Shown here piece after piece: positions 57,109 through 64,000 of a stretch of 64,000 nucleotides of DNA; position 1 is the stretch's first letter, and each line of letters begins with the position of its first letter. The position numbers were made by a program, and so were the translations under genes. Source of the DNA: Macrostomum lignano (lineage: Eukaryota); assembly GCA_002269645.1 (NCBI GenBank), contig NIVC01000391.1:571207-635206 (forward strand), given 5' to 3'. The notes beneath the pieces were generated by a model. The model worked only from the letters and a program-made list of their open reading frames with translations, was not told the origin of the DNA and ran no database searches.

Positions 57109-60100
57109 TTATTTCGCTCCCGATGAGGAGCTGGACGAGCTGGACGAGCTGGACGAAGAAGAAGTCTCGCTGGTGATTGTCTTCTTGGCGCTCTTAGCAA
57201 TCATCTTCAGAGAAGTGCTCACTTCCGTCTTCTTGTGCACCTCGGTGATTTGCCGACCTGAGAAAGTTGAGCGGCGTGGATTTGGGCATGAAGATTGCAC
57301 ATTCGACAAAAATGCACGATGCACAGAAATTTCGAACTGCTTCTAAGACGTGTTGTCGAGAGCATCTAAGAATTCGTCCAAAGTATATTAGTATCAGACT
57401 ATACTAATATGTACAGACGGTAACAAAGTATATTATTTATCGGTGAGGTTTTTGCATAATATTTTATAAAAATGAGATTGTACACTCTGGCACACCAATA
57501 CGGTAATACATGTAGTTTTACCCGTAGTTTTGCCCGCAACCCTCCTGCGATTATTATTGCTGCGAGTATTTCATACTCAACAGGGCCCTTAAGTCTGAGC
57601 GGATCAGTATGCAAAAACAGGAAAATCACCTTCAAAGGTTGCCACAAGCATCGGGTTGCCGGAAGCGTCCTTGCTGCACTCGCAGTTGGCCCTCGCCTTG
57701 TCGCTGATCATGCAGTCAAAACCCTTCTCGCCGATATTTCGACACTTGCCGTCCTTCTGTTGGCATTTGGCTTGCAGCAGCTGGCCGCCAGTTGCTGTGC
57801 ACTTGTAGGTGAAGCAGGAAGTCGTCCACTGCTGGCCCTGCTCGTACTTCTTGCCACTGCTGATGTCAACGCACATGCTGACCACCGCGCCGCCGGAGCC
57901 AGTGATCACAGTCGCCTTGTCGCCGCTGACGATTTCATTCTTGCCCCAGCCAGATGAGTTCTGAACGCAGAGGCAGTTAGAGTGCTGCTTGTCTCCGATG
58001 CGGCAGGAATAACCGTCGGCGTGGAGGTTTTTACAGGTCTTGTCCGCGGCCTCGCATTCTGTGGGAAGAGATTTGATATCCACAGTTCCCTGTAAATATG
58101 AACTTAAACATATCGCTTTAACGATTTTGCGACTCACTTGGAATTCTCTTCAGCCCTGTGTGCGTGCATTCCATCACGTTGCAACCATAGTTCCACCTGT
58201 CTCCTTCGACGTACATCTTCGATGCGTCGAACGGATCAGTGCATCTATTTTTGGATGCCTTGATTTTGCAATAGCCCCAAGAGCCGGTCTTGTGATTCCT
58301 GTTGAATGAGCACCAGTATTTTCCCTCGTACTGGTCGCAGCTGTAATGCCATTTGTTCCGATACTTGAACGGGAAGACGCATGCGATGCCCTTGTCGGTC
58401 ATCATTGTCTCGTTGGCTGCCGCAATAGACTGGTAAGACAGTGACTGAATTTTTTTTCCTGACGCCTTATCAGTGACTGTCTTTAGTCTAAAATTTGAAA
58501 ACAATATAATGCATAGAATTCAGTCAGCTTTCAAGGACCAGCTTCTCATGTAAAAAAAGAAATGATCTTTAGAAACAAACCTGCATCGACACTTCCAGTT
58601 CAGCGATCCGGTAACTTGAGTGCAGGGGAAGTATTCCTCAGTAGAGTAGCAGAAGCCGTCGTAGCCAAGGCACTTTCTATACAGGACTTCAACTCCGCTA
58701 TCGGTGCACTTGAACTGAGAGCACTCCTCTTGCCAGGTGGTTCCCACAGGCCTAAGCTCTCCAGCGTCTGTTTTGCAGTACTTCACGGTTGAGGTCTGCA
58801 GCTGGCACAGGCCGTCATTCTTGACAAAGCCGGCCGGGCAGTTGATGAGTGGGTAGACACGTAGGTAGAAGAGCTTATAGATTTTTGTCACTTCGGATGA
58901 TCGAATAACAGTCACGTAGAGGCTAATCTCGTTGCTGCTGTATAGGACGGACCACTGAGATGAACTTGCGCTCGAGCTTAGTTGCACTGTGAAGAATTTT
59001 CCGTTCGACTTAAAGTCGTCCGAGTAGCGCTTAATCTCTGTCAGACTGCTGTCTCCGACCGGGATGCTGGAGGCCGTGATCAGGAAGACAACGACAGTGC
59101 TGCCGCGTCTCGCCTTGCTCTTCTCTCCTGCAACTGTCTTCATACCCTGAAGCAGATTTGATTCGCCTCCCAGAGGTGCTATCGAGTTTATCTTGTCTGC
59201 GATTCCCACTAGAGGGGACTGGCTAAAGGCTACAACGGCTTCGCCCTTCTTACCCATAAGGACCACAGAGACTCGCGCACTCAGACCAGCTACCTCTTTT
59301 GTGTTGAACTGCTGCAGTAGGCCGTTGATGAATCCTTGAATGTCCCTGATTGAACCTTTGAGCTTGTCAGAAACGTCAATTAAGAAGAAAAAGTCGACTT
59401 TGCGGTCCGCCATACCCTTGTTCTTGTCCGGAATGCAGCCTTCTCCAGTCTTGTAGACCCAATTATCACCGAGCTTGCACTGGCATTTGTATCCAGGCTT
59501 CTGATTCACGCAAATGGCCGAAGCGTCGCAAATCTTACTGTTCTCGGCACACTCATCAATATCGACACAGGATTCACTCGAATATCTGTAGCCTGAACCG
59601 CAAGTGCAGTTGTATGAACCGGCGATGTTCACACACTTGGAACCACCCTTGCAGTTATTAGTTGCGTTGGATTTGCATTCATCAACGTCCTGGCAACCAA
59701 CACCGGTCTGATAGGTGAAGCCATCGTTGCATGTGCAATTATATGAGCCAAGCATGTTGATGCACTTTCCAGCTCCCATACATGGGTCTTTCTTTAACTT
59801 GCACTCATCTACATCAACGCAGCCGAAGTATTTGTTGTATTTAAAGCCCGACGGACAGTCGCATCGGAAGCTTCCAGCTAGATTAGTGCAAGTAGCTCGG
59901 TCACTGAGACATGGGTTCTCTTTGCATTCGTTAACGTCTACGCACTTCTTTTCGTTCTTGTCATAGGTATAGCCCTGTTTGCACTTTGGCTCCAAGGGAC
60001 AGTCAGCTTTGGGTTTGTCAGGCTTCACGCATCCTCTTGCTCTGTCGTGCAGCAGGCCATCACTGCAAAGACACATGAAACTACCCGGAAGATTCACGCA

Positions 60101-63100
60101 AGTAGCATCACTATGACAGGCAGGTACAGTGGCCTTGCATTCATTTATATCAGTGCAGCTGTCGTTCTGCGTTTTAAAGCCCATTGGGCAGCCAGCTGTC
60201 GACTCAAGCTCCTTGGTGATAGCAGGGATCGATGTATACGGTGGCATGCGTGCAGAAATAACTGTTAGTCCACTCATTGTCGGATCAACGCTTGACTTTG
60301 CCGTCTTAGGCAGGTTGACAGCAATTACTCGCACCTTTGATTCTTTAAGTTTCTCAAGCTGGTTTCGAACTGGTTTGTCTGAAGTAGCTGGAACGGAACT
60401 CTTCTTCATCACAATAACGTACTTGGGCACCTCGGGTCTGAAGCCGCCAATGGCCTGCATTAAAACTTTGTTCACTACTCGAAGAGCGGCTTCCAGATTG
60501 TCTGTTGAGCCACCAGTCCTCTTGAGCTTTCTGACATAGTTCATGAACTCTGCCTTGCCCTGGTGCTCACTAAATAGGCTGACAGTAGGACTGACTCTTC
60601 CAAATACTACCATTGATGGTCGAACAGATTTTAATGACAGGCGGTATTTAGTAAGAAGCTTAACAACAAGACTCTTCAAAGCTTCGAACTCATCTGTGCT
60701 TATGTCGTCAGTTCCCTCAATTACAAACGCTACATCAATCGGTACGACTGCGCCGCAGCTCTTCTCGGGCACACATGCTCTTCCGTTTAGCACAAATCCC
60801 GGCTTGCAGACGCACGCATCTCGTGAAGGAAGTCGACAAACTCGGCGCCTGCCGATGTCCGAGCAAGTTCTCGGACAGCCGCTGGCTTTCTGACTGTAGA
60901 CAGCATTTGGACCGCATCGCATTGGACAGAAGCTTCGAGACCGCCAACTTACACTAAATCCAGCAGCCAAGCAAGCGTTGTATAGGGATTCAAGAGACTG
61001 GCAGACTGCTCTCCTACGATTTCGCGGGCTCTTGTACTCGCATACATCGAATCGGCAGTTCTCGAAAATTCCAGAATAATCAACCTTCTTCGAACGCAGA
61101 CAGCTTCCGAATGGACCGCTCTTGTCGATAATCATGCCGCAGTATTTTTTACTCTTAACGGCCTTTCTCATTGCAGCGGAGCAGACCTTGCTTGGTGGCA
61201 AAACTGGTTTTACTTTGCAGCGGTACTTCTTAGACGAGTCGTCAGGAACAGCGAAAGACTGGCCAATCTTTACAAAACCGTGAATACCCAGTTTTGAAAC
61301 ATCTTTCCCATCGCGAGTTTTAAGATCGTCGCTTGGATTACCATTGCAATTTCCGCAGATTCCCTGCACTTTACTAGCGTAACGTGAGCGAGGCAAGTGC
61401 AGCTCAGCGACAGATTGACCATTAAACTGAAGGTGCATGCCGCAGTACTTGGACTCGGCAACTACGTTTCTGCCGCTGTGATAAATTCTGATTTTTTTCC
61501 CTCCTGGGTAAAGCGAAATCGGCAGTCGACGAACTCTCTTTCCATTGATGAAAACCCGACGCCGTTGGTGCAGGCGAACATTGATGCCATGGAAACTAAT
61601 GTCAACAAATCTTGTCCAGCTAACTTTCCGGTCCTACCACGGGCCTCATTCTTTGCTGTGACCTTGAAATTGCACTTCGATCCCTTCTTAAGTTTTGATT
61701 GGGCTAATAAGTACTTGCACTTTCCTTGGAAACTAATCCATTTGCCGTCAAAGGTGTGGTAGTGTGGATCGCCAGAGCTGGTGCAAGTGCAGAATTTCCG
61801 CTTACTGGGATTGCATTTCCCGCAAGAGACTGGGCATAAGTAACTAACCAGCTTGCTAGAGCAACGCTTTCTTCGCGCCATGGCCTTGCAAGTGTATGCT
61901 CTGTCATAGCAGCCTTTCAAAGCCCTTCGGCATTTTCCAACAATAAACACAAAACCCTTTCGGCATTTAGTTGGCTCGCATACTCCGAATGTATTCTTTC
62001 CTCTTTTGTAAGTTCGAAGCCGATAGTTTTTGCCGCAATTTCGCACGCAACGACGGCCAAGTTTGTAATAGCCTGTCCTGCATATGTAAGAAAGACAATA
62101 TCGAGTGAGGCCACGGCGTGTTCTGTAATAACGACGTCTATATCCCATTGGGCAGGACTTGACGCAACGACGACCGATTCTAAACCGGCGACCCTTGCAA
62201 CGCTTTGGCTGGCAAAATTTAAAGCTGTACGTCTGGTGTAAGTTTTTTTGCGCGACGCCATGCCGATCGGGCATCTACTTGTGCACCTATCGAACAGAAA
62301 GTATCGGCCCTTCGAGCATGCATCCCGGACGCAGTATCTTTGAAGTGTCTTACCGACGCGCTTGCTTATGACGACGCGGTACCGCTTAGGACATCTACGG
62401 CGGCACCTGTGTCGGAAAATTACAAGTCCACCTCGACAGTTAGGTGCTCTCCGCACGCACCTTGCCCTTCTACGTCCTCTTCTATCAGCGCGATATGTGC
62501 ACTTGTAGCCCTTGCGACACCTCATGCGAGAGCATGGGTTGGTCTTGTCTTCTTCACACATGCAGCAACTTGCTTTGTGCGGAGTCTTCCAGCCATCACC
62601 TTCTTAACAATGCACTTCTCACCGGTCGCACAACGCACCTTAGTACAAAGATCTTCGCGACACACTGCATATCGTCTAACGTAGCTAGTCTTTCTGTAAC
62701 GGAAGCGAATGTTGAATATTTTTGTCATGTATGACTTCGGACAGCTCTTGACGCATCGGCCGTTGAATCTCGCAAGAGGATACTTGCAAGCTTTTCTTGT
62801 GCAGCGCCTTAGGGTCACGACGTGCCTGCGCCTTTGTATATGCGTGCGCGCTTGTAGCTTCTCGTGGTGTATCCTCTCGGGCATCTCTTTATGCATCTGT
62901 TCTTGTACCGATAAGTACCGGCCTTGCAGTCTGAAAATTGGCATGTCAGTGTAACCCATTGTCATTTTCACAGCATAATTTAAGAAAAAAACTCTGAATG
63001 CATGCTTACATTTAGGAACACACGCAGTTCTATGAATCAATCGCCTGAAAGCTCTCTTCTTGTTTCGGATAAGGCGCGACTTCCGGTAAACAACGCAGAT

Positions 63101-64000
63101 TTGATCTGATTTGCAGCGCCTTCGACGGCAGAGTAAAGTTGCCTTAGTTGCCAAGCAGAAACCGTATCTGCGCCCGCGAACAGTTCTTGTTCGTTTGAGG
63201 TATCCGGCTGGACATGCAGTTCGACAGCGGCCATAAAACAACGCCTTTGGATGCCTACAGGTCTTCGCTTTGACTAAAATGAATGTATTTTCGAATGATT
63301 CAATTTACTGAGGAATAACTGAGTACACGGGAAATATCTAAGTACACGGTAAATACAGGGGAACTGAACAGACTGCTTACTTCTCTGGCAGATGCCCCTT
63401 GTCTTCAAGGCTCGGGCTTTGCCACTTCGTCTGAGCCGATATACCAAGCGGTAGCCCCTGCGGCATTCTAAGTTCGAAAAAAAATATTTTTAGCTCTTCG
63501 TGCTCAGTCCTTGTGTTCTTAAAAACTTAATTCCTAATATCAGCTGTCAAATGACATTCCGGGTCCACTCACTGCGTCTCTGACACCTTGTTCTCGAGAT
63601 AACCCGTCGGGAGCGTTTCGAGTAGATTCGATGTGTTCTCTTGCTAAATCCGCTGGGACAGCGCCTGATACATTTCCCGCGGAACGAGAACTCCGCCTTT
63701 TTGCAAGCTGGAAATTCAATAAATCATTAGCCGTAGATTGCAATCCGCCGATCAAGCAAATTTTTTAAAACTACGAGCCAGCTAAAATAACGAGACAAAC
63801 CCTTTTTGCAGAGCCTAATGCGGCCGTATCTGGTTCTCCGATATCCATTTGGACACTTTCGGACGCATTTAGAGCCCAGGGCAAATTTCTTCCGCATCCT
63901 GTAATGATTTAAGAAAACTTAAAGCACAGTATGGGACAAAATGAATTTCTCCAGGAAGCTGCAGAAAAACTTACTTGGTCTGCAGGTACGAGTCAACCTT
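57109..64000 (-). CDS. Large secreted cysteine-rich matrix/adhesive-like protein (Arg/Lys-rich Cys repeats-ShKT-VWD-C8-TIL-VWA-5x cbEGF-VWA-Cys repeats-FN2-Ser tail); 5'-incomplete, with five apparent frameshifts
   Basis: Exons 63975->64000, 63801-63898, 63573-63707, 63381-63467, 63010-63273, 58581-62930, 58138-58487, 57630-58058 and 57109-57257, all GT-AG. Motifs CTSSGDPHYHTFDG and GICGNCNG (VWD), CGPNAVYSQKASGCPRTC (TIL), D[IV][ND]EC repeats, CVFPFKY..WCS..WGYC (FN2) and CYDRAYTC..CPVSCGKC (ShKT). Roughly 1,950 codons lie in the window. Confidence 0.85.

Noticed and set aside
57383-57408. 10-bp-stem hairpin ATATTAGTAT-CAGACT-ATACTAATAT
   Set aside because: AT-rich, intronic and plausible by chance.
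57472-57957. 161-aa plus-strand ORF opposite the VWD gene 3' exons
   Set aside because: Antisense shadow with no recognisable motif.

Overview
Eukaryotic (animal) genomic DNA with no prokaryotic features. GC-rich exons separated by minisatellite-filled introns suggest the flatworm Macrostomum (inference only). The window has three compartments. (1) 1-42 kb: four co-oriented minus-strand spliced genes, all reconstructed in frame across GT-AG introns: an ATP8A-type P4-ATPase flippase, STK36/Fused kinase (15 exons), a CARD+death-domain CRADD-like adaptor and a homocysteine S-methyltransferase. Every intron longer than about 400 bp and every intergenic gap carries its own tandem array, and several array units contain transcription-factor-like motifs (RFX X-box, CLEAR/E-box, CCAAT). 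(2) 42-52.6 kb: an AT-rich block followed by mobile-element remains (two Crypton-like tyrosine-recombinase fragments with elaborate repeats and hairpins, a decayed Penelope-like element, a Tc1/mariner-derived MITE). (3) 52.9-64 kb: compact genes with short or no introns: a C-type lectin-PAN protein, an EF-hand protein, and a large secreted Arg/Lys-rich ShKT-VWD-C8-TIL-VWA-EGF-VWA-FN2 protein resembling flatworm adhesive proteins, broken by five same-polarity frameshifts and running off the window end. Most long ORFs in the supplied track are artefacts of tandem repeats.
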